IMG/VR virus record: IMGVR_UViG_3300020235_000119
Location: 1-29,402 of that record
From: a virus
Taxonomy: Duplodnaviria; Caudoviricetes
Strand: one strand, 5' to 3'
Length of the DNA: 29,402 bases
The notes under the pieces are model-generated. The model did no database searches, was not told the DNA's origin, and worked only from the letters and a program-made list of their open reading frames with translations. This document shows, in pieces, positions 10,919 through 19,552 of this stretch (within the stretch, counting starts at the first letter, position 1; the number at the start of each line of letters is the position of its first letter). Made by a program: the position numbers and the translations under genes.

Positions 10919-11277
10919 CTAATACCCAAACAGTCAAAGAACGAGGTATTCGTATAGGGATGAATCAACTTGTCACCTATGCCATTCTTATCCCTGTCTT
11001 TTGGTTTATTATACAACCACTTCTTATCAATGCGATGGCTGAAGATATCAAGGAGATAGTAACACAGCAAACTGCCCCGATCAATAATGCTTTTGTCGCT
11101 CTTCTTCAACGAGATATCAACGCCACAAGAAAAGAAATGGCGGCATTAAGATTCCTCCAAAGAAGTGATGATGATAATGATGAATGGACTCAAGACGATG
11201 AAGAATATTTAGTGGACCTGGAAATTCAGCTTGACGCCCTTGAAGAAGCGAAAGCGGCCCTACAAGACACAACATGA
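10915..11277 (+). CDS. Membrane-anchored coiled-coil protein (lysis cassette)
   Basis: One TM segment (LVTYAILIPVFWFII) followed by an acidic coiled coil; AGGAG SD; directly upstream of the endolysin. Confidence 0.5.
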   Translation: MTNTQTVKERGIRIGMNQLVTYAILIPVFWFIIQPLLINAMAEDIKEIVTQQTAPINNAFVALLQRDINATRKEMAALRFLQRSDDDNDEWTQDDEEYLVDLEIQLDALEEAKAALQDTT

Positions 11278-11738
11278 AACTAACCGAAAATTTCTCACTT
11301 GAAGAGTTCTTGGTGTCGCAAACCGCGATACGCCATGGAATCAACATGGACCCACCTATCGAGGTAATTGATAACTTACGGCGTCTCTGCGTTGATATTC
11401 TTCAACCTGCAAGGGACATACTCGGTGTGCCTTTTTCAGTTAGTTCCGGGTATAGGCCATTGGAACTCAATGAACTCATAGGTGGGTCCGCCACTTCCGC
11501 GCATCCTTATGGCAGGGCAGCGGATATAATACCTCACCGTCCGATAAGTCCACTTAAACTAGCTGAAACGATTCGTGATATGGAGCTTCCCTACGATCAA
11601 GTGATTCAGGAGTTTGGGCATTGGGTCCATGTAGGGATATCGGAAGAAGATATTAACGTCCGTATGGAAGAATTAACAGCCTTTAAGGAAGAAGGACGGA
11701 CTAAATACGTAACCGGGTTAAGAGAGGTATTAGCATGA
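11274..11738 (+). CDS. Endolysin, peptidase M15A family (Zn metallopeptidase)
   Basis: LTENFSLEEF, SSGYR, SAH, AADI and WVHVG motifs. Confidence 0.9.
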   Translation: MKLTENFSLEEFLVSQTAIRHGINMDPPIEVIDNLRRLCVDILQPARDILGVPFSVSSGYRPLELNELIGGSATSAHPYGRAADIIPHRPISPLKLAETIRDMELPYDQVIQEFGHWVHVGISEEDINVRMEELTAFKEEGRTKYVTGLREVLA

Positions 11739-12085
11739 GGAAGTTATTTTATTGTTTGTTAATCTGTTCGCCACTGGTGTTTGCAGTTGAACCAAAGACG
11801 TTTGACTGGATACCGCCAACACAGAACACGGATGGTTCTCCGTTGTCTGACGCAGAGATTGCGTCGTACAATATTTATTGCAATCAAGTCGTACTTGGCA
11901 ATGTTCCTAACACTGGCGGCACTGACACGTGGACTTCACCACCGTTGCCTGAGGGAACTTACGACTGTTGGGCGACCACCATTGCAATTAATGGGGAGGA
12001 GTCCCCTAATAGTAATAGTGTAAATTTTATTGTCGATCCATCAGTACCGGGGGCACCGACAAATTTTTCTGTGTCCCTGCCGTAG
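11735..12085 (+). CDS. Secreted fibronectin type III / Ig-like protein
   Basis: Signal peptide ending VFA; W.PPTQNTDGSPL..IASYNIY...GTYDCWATT..GEESPNSN pattern; GAGG SD. Confidence 0.65.
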   Translation: MRKLFYCLLICSPLVFAVEPKTFDWIPPTQNTDGSPLSDAEIASYNIYCNQVVLGNVPNTGGTDTWTSPPLPEGTYDCWATTIAINGEESPNSNSVNFIVDPSVPGAPTNFSVSLP

Positions 12086-12143
12086 GCCCACCGGATCGAC
12101 CACCGGGCCGACCACCAAAACCAAGTAGACCGGGGTGTTCAAT

Positions 12144-12332
12144 ATGAATAGACCATCAAGTACGATTACAGCAGCAGCATTAGCCGGATCAGCGGTTACG
12201 TTGATATGGATGCTGATTGACAATTTTTCTACCATTTCCGTGTCGGCAGGAGTCATTAGCGGTTCCACCGCATTTGTTGCGGCGGCATTTGGCTACTGGA
12301 AGAAGGAGAACGTTCTTGGGACTTCTAAGTAA
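12144..12332 (+). CDS. Putative two-TM holin
   Basis: ATG 12144 with GGGGT SD; two hydrophobic segments and a basic C-terminus (GYWKKE). Confidence 0.55.
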   Translation: MNRPSSTITAAALAGSAVTLIWMLIDNFSTISVSAGVISGSTAFVAAAFGYWKKENVLGTSK

Positions 12333-12714
12333 AGTATTCGGGGTAGGGGATGTAATTGCCCCTATTACCGCCATCGGGAACGTACTCGACGGGTTATTTA
12401 CATCGAAAGATGAGAAACTGACCCATGAAGAGGTACGAATACGGCTCGCTCAACAACCAAACTTGGCCCAAATAGAGCTTAACAAGGTTGGGGCCAGCCA
12501 TCGATCAATATTTGTTGCCGGTTGGCGACCCTGGATGGGTTGGGTTGGAGGTATGGGGCTGGCTAACATGTTTTTGATCAACCCGTGGATTCAGTGGATC
12601 ACAGGCAAGGCAGGACCTAACTTACCAGAGGACATTATAATGGAACTTGTACTGGCTCTCTTAGGGTTGGGTGCGCTTCGTACCTTTGAGAAGGTAAAGG
12701 GGAAGACTAAGTAA
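12316..12714 (+). CDS. 3TM holin family protein (GTA_holin_3TM-like)
   Basis: TTG 12316 after AAGGAG; LFTSKDEK, FVAGWRPWMGW and LLGLGALRTFEKVKG motifs. Confidence 0.8.
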   Translation: MGLLSKVFGVGDVIAPITAIGNVLDGLFTSKDEKLTHEEVRIRLAQQPNLAQIELNKVGASHRSIFVAGWRPWMGWVGGMGLANMFLINPWIQWITGKAGPNLPEDIIMELVLALLGLGALRTFEKVKGKTK

Positions 12715-12854
12715 TGCCATTCAAATCAGCAAAACAGAAACGAGCAATGTTTGCAGCAGCGGCTGGGAAATCCAAGATTGGTATATCCAAGAAAGGGGCA
12801 AAAAAATTTATAGCCCATTCTAAGAAGTCGAAAAAGAAAAAGCGTCGCTCATAA
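12714..12854 (+). CDS. 46-aa highly basic peptide (MPFKSAKQKRAMFAAAAGKSKIGISKKGAKKFIAHSKKSKKKKRRS)
   Basis: Missing from the ORF track; TAATG-coupled; GGGG SD; the MPFKS.KQ.R start is common in small phage proteins. Confidence 0.7.
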   Translation: MPFKSAKQKRAMFAAAAGKSKIGISKKGAKKFIAHSKKSKKKKRRS

Positions 12855-12995
12855 GGTCGTAACAAAACTCACCGATAGTTGTGAGATGGTCTTTATCGCG
12901 TACCGCTGCACCAGTATAATAAGTCCATATAACTTGGTGTATTCGCACCATTGCGACACACGGTTCATGTTCACGCATTTGGTCATGGACCCATA

Positions 12996-13493
12996 TTATT
13001 TCTTCTTTATGTGTGACGGCAATATCAAGCCAGAGGATTCTTCCTTGGGGTGACCATTGGACCCTTCGTTTTGAGCTATCAAGTAAATGCTTAGATACTC
13101 CATGAGTTGTTCTATTATTATCTTCTCTTCCCATACTATTATCCCCATATGTAACCAATCTTTTACGTCTTTGGTGTGAACAAGTCCAGGCACATTTGTA
13201 CCGGGTATGAGGCACCACCCTCGCGTTTGTCGTATATACGCACAAAGGAGGAGCCATGGCTGCCCCTTAGCTCTGCAACGCTTACGGAACCACGCCGATT
13301 GGCTAGGTCGTAAGATACATTTCTTTTCAGTTTCGGTATATTTAAGTTCAAGATGATTGCAGTATCCCTCGATACAATAGCTAACATCGGGAGTTCCAAT
13401 TGCCGTTTCATGGGATTCGATCCTTTCAAAATGGCCATAGGGTCTAAGTTTTGGCCCTAGGTAGTCCCACATCTTTGTTTCGCCCTTGCTCAT
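12996..13493 (-). CDS. PD-(D/E)xK nuclease (Holliday junction resolvase / VRR-NUC-like)
   Basis: ERIES..GTPDV...LELK...LRPSQSAW; start chosen at ATG 13493 (MSKGE). Confidence 0.75.
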   Translation of the reverse strand: MSKGETKMWDYLGPKLRPYGHFERIESHETAIGTPDVSYCIEGYCNHLELKYTETEKKCILRPSQSAWFRKRCRAKGQPWLLLCAYIRQTRGWCLIPGTNVPGLVHTKDVKDWLHMGIIVWEEKIIIEQLMEYLSIYLIAQNEGSNGHPKEESSGLILPSHIKKK

Positions 13494-13713
13494 TGTTTCT
13501 TCCCCATTGTAACCAATTAAAGAATCGCCGCACTCCATAACTTTTAATCGCCGCAATCGACATAAATATCAGCCCTAGTTGCATGTTTTGGGTTATGGGT
13601 ATATGTTGATCAAAGTACAACGGATAAACTATCATTTGGGATGACACAGCAACTATGAACCCTAATACCTTGCCGGTGGTCATTTCGACCATACTCATTA
13701 TTCGGGACTGCAT
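13444..13713 (-). CDS. Small conserved two-TM phage membrane protein
   Basis: MQSR.MS.VE...GF.VA...Q..VYP...SY.VRRFFN pattern. Confidence 0.65.
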   Translation of the reverse strand: MQSRIMSMVEMTTGKVLGFIVAVSSQMIVYPLYFDQHIPITQNMQLGLIFMSIAAIKSYGVRRFFNWLQWGRNNEQGRNKDVGLPRAKT

Positions 13714-13715
13714 GT

Positions 13716-14045
13716 TTAATCCTTGTGTTGTAGTACCCCATATTCAAATTTCCACTTGCGAGAGCAGTTTACTATCATTTTTTGGTGGATCGCAATCATT
13801 GGATTGATGCCCGATAGTTCACAAATGTCGAGTGCAAGGATTAGGACGTCGGCTATTTCACCCTCGTCTATTTCTCCGTTCTCCTTCAATGCGCGCCAAA
13901 GTTCTGGAACCTCCTCCATGGAAAGTTTCTTGATCGCGTCTGCTGCAGTTCGTTTTGGCATAATGGTATTAGCCCATTTAAAAATGGCCCTGGAAATTAC
14001 GCACAGGTCCGACTCACTGGCACTTATATATTTCTTATCCATCAT
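13716..14045 (-). CDS. mazZ: MazG-like (DUF550/MazZ) purine dNTP pyrophosphohydrolase
   Basis: EExxEL...EIADVLILALD...KM.VN..RKW matches S-2L MazZ as I recall it; ATGA-coupled downstream of purZ. Confidence 0.85.
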   Translation of the reverse strand: MMDKKYISASESDLCVISRAIFKWANTIMPKRTAADAIKKLSMEEVPELWRALKENGEIDEGEIADVLILALDICELSGINPMIAIHQKMIVNCSRKWKFEYGVLQHKD

Positions 14046-15025
14046 ATTAACCCTATATCCTTATATGCTGGTCCAAATCCGACCCACTTGACGGTGCTCA
14101 TATCGTCGATGTGGGCCACTATGTTTTCCACGTAGTGTTTCTCTACGTAGTTGGCGAAGTTCAAGAAGACTAGATCAGGAGCGCAATGCCAACAAGCCTC
14201 CTCTATCTGCATTTTAGAGTACGTGAAGATGCGCCGCACCCGGTTGGTCACTGTGGTTTTCTCAGGCGTCAAGTCTAAGTCATCCCACGAAAGTTCCTCC
14301 TGATCCGGGTAGCAGTCACCGCTAGTTCCGCCGACTCTAATGGGCAGAGTTCTGCAGGTCCCGATCACCATGCTAAGCATTGGTATCGGTAATCCCATGT
14401 TAGAGAGAAAAGCCGCAGGACCACAATCCCGACTGGTGGTGTAGGGATAGAACTGGGTGTTAATCCCAAGACTGAAGCCCTGCGACCCCTCTGCAAGTAT
14501 GCCACTTGATGATTCAAGTCTAATCTTCCACTCAGGGTGGGTGGCAACGTACTGCTGGTAGGCAGTACCTCTTAAAAAATCCTTAGCAATTGACACTTTA
14601 CCGGATCGCATCATCTTCTCAATCACCGCTGCTGCCGACCCTTGTTTAGTGCTACCGATATGGGTCAGATTTTCTTCTTTCTTTATATGGTTTGCGGTTA
14701 GCACCATTGCATTCGGATGAATACGTAGAGTTTGATCCGATCTAAGATGTACCATTTCCTTTTGGAGTCGATCAAGACTAAACACAGCCCCGGGACCGAT
14801 TAAGATTTGCTTAATACTACGACCCACCGCAGAGCTTGGTAGCACTTTAAAGATGTACTTTTTGCCCTTCTTGTCGATATAAGTATGACCTGCGTTTGGC
14901 ATATTAGCCGTGATGCAGGTATCGTAGTCTCCAGTTTCTCCCAGATACCCGGCAATAAGGCCCTTTCCAGTGCTACCGAATTGTAGATCAACTATCAGGT
15001 CCACTTTCGGTTGTAAACAACTCAT
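14042..15025 (-). CDS. purZ: N6-succino-2-amino-2'-deoxyadenylate synthase PurZ
   Basis: DLQFGSTGKG (Ser replaces the catalytic Asp of PurA GDEGKG), NAGHT, GSTKQG, EGSQG, YPYTTSRD, PIRVGG, TTVT, NFANY. Colinear with phiVC8 PurZ as I recall it. Start placed at ATG 15025. Confidence 0.95.
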   Translation of the reverse strand: MSCLQPKVDLIVDLQFGSTGKGLIAGYLGETGDYDTCITANMPNAGHTYIDKKGKKYIFKVLPSSAVGRSIKQILIGPGAVFSLDRLQKEMVHLRSDQTLRIHPNAMVLTANHIKKEENLTHIGSTKQGSAAAVIEKMMRSGKVSIAKDFLRGTAYQQYVATHPEWKIRLESSSGILAEGSQGFSLGINTQFYPYTTSRDCGPAAFLSNMGLPIPMLSMVIGTCRTLPIRVGGTSGDCYPDQEELSWDDLDLTPEKTTVTNRVRRIFTYSKMQIEEACWHCAPDLVFLNFANYVEKHYVENIVAHIDDMSTVKWVGFGPAYKDIGLI

Positions 15026-17192
15026 GCTTCGGGACTTTGTACATCCATCTTCTTGCCCCTCCCCCTTCCGGTCTCGGTCTATGCTTATCAAACCCATAAC
15101 TCTCTACCTTTCTGTAAAAGTGTGCAACCCCCTTAGATCGTAGCCCTTTCTGATTACTGAGCCACGTGTCATAAGCCTCAAATAATGCCATCCTGTCAAC
15201 GTTCGATGGCCAACCTCCCATACCTTCTTCATCGATGCAGCCTAATTCTGCTTTGGCTATGCACCTGTCCATCCAAATGTCCACCGAATCTCCAGTGGAT
15301 TTGTATATTTGTCTTTGTGTTATCAGCCCTCTTGTCACGATAGCCTTGGTTAGATTACTCTTAATCTTCCGTGTCTGGAGGTCAAACATCATTGCAGCTA
15401 GCCCCCCATTATCGAGCATTTGGTCATAGAGTTTAGTGAAATAGCGCCTGTCATTTGCGTACTTGTTGCTGACCTCCAAAACGAGCCAGCGCCTGGATTC
15501 CGGCCCAGCAGGTATGAACCACTCCTCGTTAGAGGCTACGGCAAGCCGAATCCGACTATCGCACATGAAGGGATCAATACCCTTTGGCTCACACACCATT
15601 TCCTTCTCAGTGACCATAGACTTGATTATGCCTCTTGTTTGTCTATCCCCACCGTAGATTACCTCGTCCGCGAACACCAATAGGGCATCCATTAAGAGTT
15701 TATTGAAATTTCCAGTAAGGTGCCGTGGGTTGGTTACATGTTTATAGTGTGCCTTACCTACGATCCCGCCCACCATTTCACAGAAAGTCCCCTTTCCAAT
15801 ACCCTCCTCCCCGTGCATTACAATCGCGGTGCCCTTTGGTGTCATTGGGTCCTGGATTATGTCAGCTACCCAATCGAGGACGAAATCATGTAGTTCCTCA
15901 TTGTCCTCGCACAGTACCTCCTTGATGTGGTTGTTAAATAGGCTCCAGTCCCCCTCCTCTGGTTTGACCCCCCAACCTTGCCACAGATTAACATAGCTAT
16001 CGTGCCATAACCCTTCATCTGGAAAGAAGCCCATACCCCTTATACATTCACGCCGGTCTGGGTGGGCCATCCAAATGTCAGCCTCAGTTGGCGTCTTGCC
16101 TTTCTTTAGAGGAACTGATACCTTGCGATTATACATCAGAGTATTGAAATCTTGGGTGCCCATTATGTGGATTCCGCCCACCTTGTCCCGATGTACGATT
16201 CGTATCTTACCTCCGGTCAGGAGTACGGCATTGTCCTCATTCATAGCCGTTACCAAGTCGATATAATCCCCGGCCCTTGCTGGATCACTTGATGGGTCAT
16301 ACCCGCCTTCTTTAGCGAAATAGATAAGACTTCCAATTCTTATACTGCCCGCTGGGTTGAAACCAGGCCAACGCTTCTCGCATTCGCCAGCTATATAACG
16401 ATCCCCGGTAGCAGACCATGTATCCCATAACTGGAGACCATCATTACCAGGGTGCTGTGAGTTAATTGCCTGTCCAGCATATAGCCATTCTTCGTACGAT
16501 AGAACGTTGGCGTCAATGTGGTCCAGCATAGCAGCAATTTGGCTGGTGCTATACTTGAATTCCTCGTCATCTTGCCCAACCTCCTCGTTACCACGCCCTG
16601 GTTTAGAGGCCCAAGGTACCCCCATAATGTCACTAACCCACTCAGGTGTTTCGGGTATGTCACCCCCTTCTATCCATTGGTAGGTTCCATCCTCGGTCTG
16701 GGAGGGCCAAGCTACGATATGGGACCGGGGCTGTCCGTCACCGCCACGGGTATCGACACCACGGGCGAGTTTCCCGGAGCTACTCGTGAGGTTCTCCCGC
16801 CATTGGAGCAACATATGGCGACCGCCCGTGGGGGTTTTCTGGATAGGGCAGTTTAGCTCTCTGCCACCAGCAAGCTCCGTCCAGTGTTCGATCCCATTTT
16901 CCCGACCATGTAGGTCTAAATCGATGGCGAACAAGTCCTCTCCACAAGGTATCCCGATGTTCCATCCCCGGTATCTCCCTCTTTCCCCGAACCACTTATC
17001 CATGGTTTTGGGTTTGATCGTCCTTGAAAAGTAATTAATGCCGGTTTTGCGCTCCGGTAAAATCTTACTGCCGGGGCGCAATGGAACTATAGCTATACCT
17101 TGCTGCACGTACATTAGCGCGGCTTGATGAATCTTTGTCTCAAAGTCTTTAATCCGGTCGATTTCCCGGATATCGTTCATTGGTAATAACAC
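14988..17192 (-). CDS. Prim-Pol primase + PriCT-2 + SF3 helicase fusion
   Basis: NIGI/AIDLD/TPTGGRH Prim-Pol motifs; YEEWL..G.A...LWDTWS PriCT-2; Walker A GEEGIGKGT; Walker B VFADE. Confidence 0.9.
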   Translation of the reverse strand: MLLPMNDIREIDRIKDFETKIHQAALMYVQQGIAIVPLRPGSKILPERKTGINYFSRTIKPKTMDKWFGERGRYRGWNIGIPCGEDLFAIDLDLHGRENGIEHWTELAGGRELNCPIQKTPTGGRHMLLQWRENLTSSSGKLARGVDTRGGDGQPRSHIVAWPSQTEDGTYQWIEGGDIPETPEWVSDIMGVPWASKPGRGNEEVGQDDEEFKYSTSQIAAMLDHIDANVLSYEEWLYAGQAINSQHPGNDGLQLWDTWSATGDRYIAGECEKRWPGFNPAGSIRIGSLIYFAKEGGYDPSSDPARAGDYIDLVTAMNEDNAVLLTGGKIRIVHRDKVGGIHIMGTQDFNTLMYNRKVSVPLKKGKTPTEADIWMAHPDRRECIRGMGFFPDEGLWHDSYVNLWQGWGVKPEEGDWSLFNNHIKEVLCEDNEELHDFVLDWVADIIQDPMTPKGTAIVMHGEEGIGKGTFCEMVGGIVGKAHYKHVTNPRHLTGNFNKLLMDALLVFADEVIYGGDRQTRGIIKSMVTEKEMVCEPKGIDPFMCDSRIRLAVASNEEWFIPAGPESRRWLVLEVSNKYANDRRYFTKLYDQMLDNGGLAAMMFDLQTRKIKSNLTKAIVTRGLITQRQIYKSTGDSVDIWMDRCIAKAELGCIDEEGMGGWPSNVDRMALFEAYDTWLSNQKGLRSKGVAHFYRKVESYGFDKHRPRPEGGGARRWMYKVPKHELFTTESGPDS

Positions 17193-17201
17193 GTCTATCC
17201 C

Positions 17202-19031
17202 CTAATTTCCCAAAGCCGCCCACCAGTTCGGCCCTACTCCATTACAATCCAGTATTAACGGCACTCCTAAAAATTCCCGTTCAACTGCCCCTGTGACGTC
17301 TATCTTAATCTTATCAACTGTGTCAATATTAACTGACGTACCATAACTATCGTGTGTATTAAGTATAATCCTCCCTCTGCCATCAAGTGCCTCGTCTATT
17401 AAGCACCAATTCTCTTTATTAATATCTGCGGATGTTGCCTGGATAAGGATGCCCGAAGCTTTGTAGGTTTTGTACTTCTTGGGGAATCGAATGTGGCGTC
17501 CATACTTAGTTCGCAGATACCCTCTTCGCTCACTGACTTCGCGAGCCGTTTCAGCCAACTTGCGTACCCCCCGGACCTTCGCATGATACTGGTCGATAAT
17601 TCGATACGCATCGTCACCTGCACGTTGGTATTTAATTGTGTCTCCCCATTCATCTATAAACTCCGCAGCTGTAGTTTTAAGGCCCATCTTCTGAGCAGTT
17701 GCCCCAGCACCCTGAGAAAAGATCATGCTGAGATTTAATTGTTTAGCGTTGGGTTCCCCACCATACTCCGCATTACGTTTTAGTCCCGTAAGTTCAGCTA
17801 CAAGGGCATGGAAGTCCAGGTGTGGGTCTTTTTGATAAAGTCTAACGAGATACTTATTATACATCCCTACTAAGGCGGCAAATATCCTAACTTCGAAAGA
17901 AGCTAAATCATAGTCTACCCAGACTTGACCTTCATCCGGGAGAAAGCACGGTTTAACAATACTTGCTGTGACTTTGTCACGGCTAGGAATTTGCTGCATG
18001 GCTGGGTCAACATACGATAAGCGACCCCATTTAGTACCACCTGTTTCGCGAACTGTCTGGTTGATAGTTGGGTACACTCGGTCCCCGATAGCGTGTTCAA
18101 GTATGTGTTTAGCCAGGAATGTGTCCCTGGTCTTGAGAGCGGACCGTATATCGGTAACCAGTCGGGCACGTGGGTCGAATTTTGCGAGTTCTTCAAGATA
18201 CTCCTTTCGGAAGCTTGGTGCTCCCTTATCCGTTTCACCAATTCTATTTTGTTCAACCCACCAGCCTGATTTAGTCCTAGTTGGGTTAAATAGCTTAACC
18301 ATCTGGGGACCGGAGTTCACATTAAATTCCCACCCCGCCATTTTATCCATTTCGTTCTGAAGCTTTTTGATGTGGGGTGTCATTCGCACCATTGCGCTCT
18401 CTGCTTCATCGAGGTCGACCCGTATTCCCTTCATTTGGGACTCTATAATTACGGGCATGCAGCGACGTTCAAGTCGCTCGATCTTCTCTAGCTTTTGAAT
18501 TTCGATCTGGCGTCTTTGCCATTCCCAAAGCTCTAGAGTAAGCACCGCATCCTGGATTGCGTACTCTGCAGCTTCCTCGTAGGGGAGGTCGGCTATATTA
18601 CCTATATCAATTTCTAGTTTACCCTTATCTATATACTTTCGACATAGATAATCAAGACTATAACCTCCTGGTTTTCCGTGTTTATTCCAAGGGAATCTAG
18701 TGGCCTCATGCTCGTTGATAAGACAAGCACGAACCACCGTGTCGTCTAATAAGTGTAGGGGAATAGAAATCCCGGCGACAGCCGACATACACGCGTCAAA
18801 TGGCGCGTTATGGCAAATGACTCGCGGAGCATCACTTCCACCAAGCTTGTCTAAGGCTTGGAACGAATCATTTAGCCACTCGATGGCTTTTGGCTGCCGC
18901 CGGAAATCGAAGTACCACGCATCCCCGGGTACGGCTATTGAACAGGCAAAGGCCTTATCAATCGGATATCGTAACCCGGTTGTCTCCGTATCGTACGCAA
19001 AGTACGAGTATTGACGGAGGTCAGGGTACAT
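17202..19031 (-). CDS. dpoZ: Family A DNA polymerase with 3'-5' exonuclease, DpoZ type
   Basis: Exonuclease motifs DTETTG, HNAPFD, YAIQD. Motif A DLASFEVR; motif B AKQLNLSMIF (L and F replace F and Y); SGILIQA (G replaces N); motif C HDS (S replaces E). These substitutions are characteristic of phiVC8 DpoZ. Confidence 0.9.
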   Translation of the reverse strand: MYPDLRQYSYFAYDTETTGLRYPIDKAFACSIAVPGDAWYFDFRRQPKAIEWLNDSFQALDKLGGSDAPRVICHNAPFDACMSAVAGISIPLHLLDDTVVRACLINEHEATRFPWNKHGKPGGYSLDYLCRKYIDKGKLEIDIGNIADLPYEEAAEYAIQDAVLTLELWEWQRRQIEIQKLEKIERLERRCMPVIIESQMKGIRVDLDEAESAMVRMTPHIKKLQNEMDKMAGWEFNVNSGPQMVKLFNPTRTKSGWWVEQNRIGETDKGAPSFRKEYLEELAKFDPRARLVTDIRSALKTRDTFLAKHILEHAIGDRVYPTINQTVRETGGTKWGRLSYVDPAMQQIPSRDKVTASIVKPCFLPDEGQVWVDYDLASFEVRIFAALVGMYNKYLVRLYQKDPHLDFHALVAELTGLKRNAEYGGEPNAKQLNLSMIFSQGAGATAQKMGLKTTAAEFIDEWGDTIKYQRAGDDAYRIIDQYHAKVRGVRKLAETAREVSERRGYLRTKYGRHIRFPKKYKTYKASGILIQATSADINKENWCLIDEALDGRGRIILNTHDSYGTSVNIDTVDKIKIDVTGAVEREFLGVPLILDCNGVGPNWWAALGN

Positions 19032-19300
19032 TAGAAGGGTATGTCGTCGTCGAAATCTTCCTCAGTTCGTCCAACCGGGGTGGATTGCTCCTTAGGTTGA
19101 TGCTTACTGAACATCAATCCGAAGTATTTGCCCGTATTATCTTTTAGGTCATTGATCCACGCAGAAATACGTAGTTCATTTGAATGACCACACTTTTCAC
19201 AGATGATTTTACATGCCCCTTGATGGTCTGGATGTTTATCTTCTGTCTTGTATTGATTTTTGAAGATTGATCCGCTGTTGTCCCTGTGTTCAAATGCCAT
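19031..19300 (-). CDS. Small single-stranded DNA-binding protein
   Basis: NSGSIFKN..K...KHPD..G...ISAW pattern and SSB-type tail DFDDDIPF. Confidence 0.7.
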   Translation of the reverse strand: MAFEHRDNSGSIFKNQYKTEDKHPDHQGACKIICEKCGHSNELRISAWINDLKDNTGKYFGLMFSKHQPKEQSTPVGRTEEDFDDDIPF

Positions 19301-19500
19301 TACTGTTTCTCCCTTATCGCTATCAGGGCACTATAGTCAACACTGGTACATTTCTGCAACCTTACGTATTGGTCTTTAGTTAAATCTCTGATTAATGATC
19401 GACCGCCATTGCCCTTTCCTGTGAATAAAATTTCCACAGAGCGGACTAAAAGTTCCTTTACTGTTTTTTCTGTGGGTGTTGCGTCTTTCGGTGTACTCAT
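19300..19500 (-). CDS. Hypothetical protein, 66 aa
   Basis: AGG SD; TAATG-coupled to the SSB gene. Confidence 0.6.
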   Translation of the reverse strand: MSTPKDATPTEKTVKELLVRSVEILFTGKGNGGRSLIRDLTKDQYVRLQKCTSVDYSALIAIREKQ

Positions 19501-19517
19501 AACCTTTCCTCTGGCGT

Positions 19518-19545
19518 GAAAGAGGGGTCCCGTCGCCGGGACCCC
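19518..19545 (-). terminator. Intrinsic terminator / attenuator hairpin
   Basis: GGGGTCCCG-GCGA-CGGGACCCC followed by TCTTTC, just after the stop at 19553. Confidence 0.65.
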
Positions 19546-19552
19546 AAGTTAC

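Noticed and set aside
11735-12085. Outer-membrane spanin lipoprotein
   Set aside because: LLIC is not a valid lipobox; the VFA site indicates signal peptidase I cleavage.
12820-13257. 145-aa - strand ORF, and a short ORF at about 12849-12986
   Set aside because: The long ORF overlaps the nuclease out of frame; neither has a clear RBS or recognisable motif.
14042-15097. Ordinary adenylosuccinate synthetase purA, and the ORF-track start at 15097
   Set aside because: It has Ser in place of the catalytic Asp and NFxN in place of TKxD. Homology begins at KVDLIVD, so the upstream 24 codons are probably just overlap with the primase gene.
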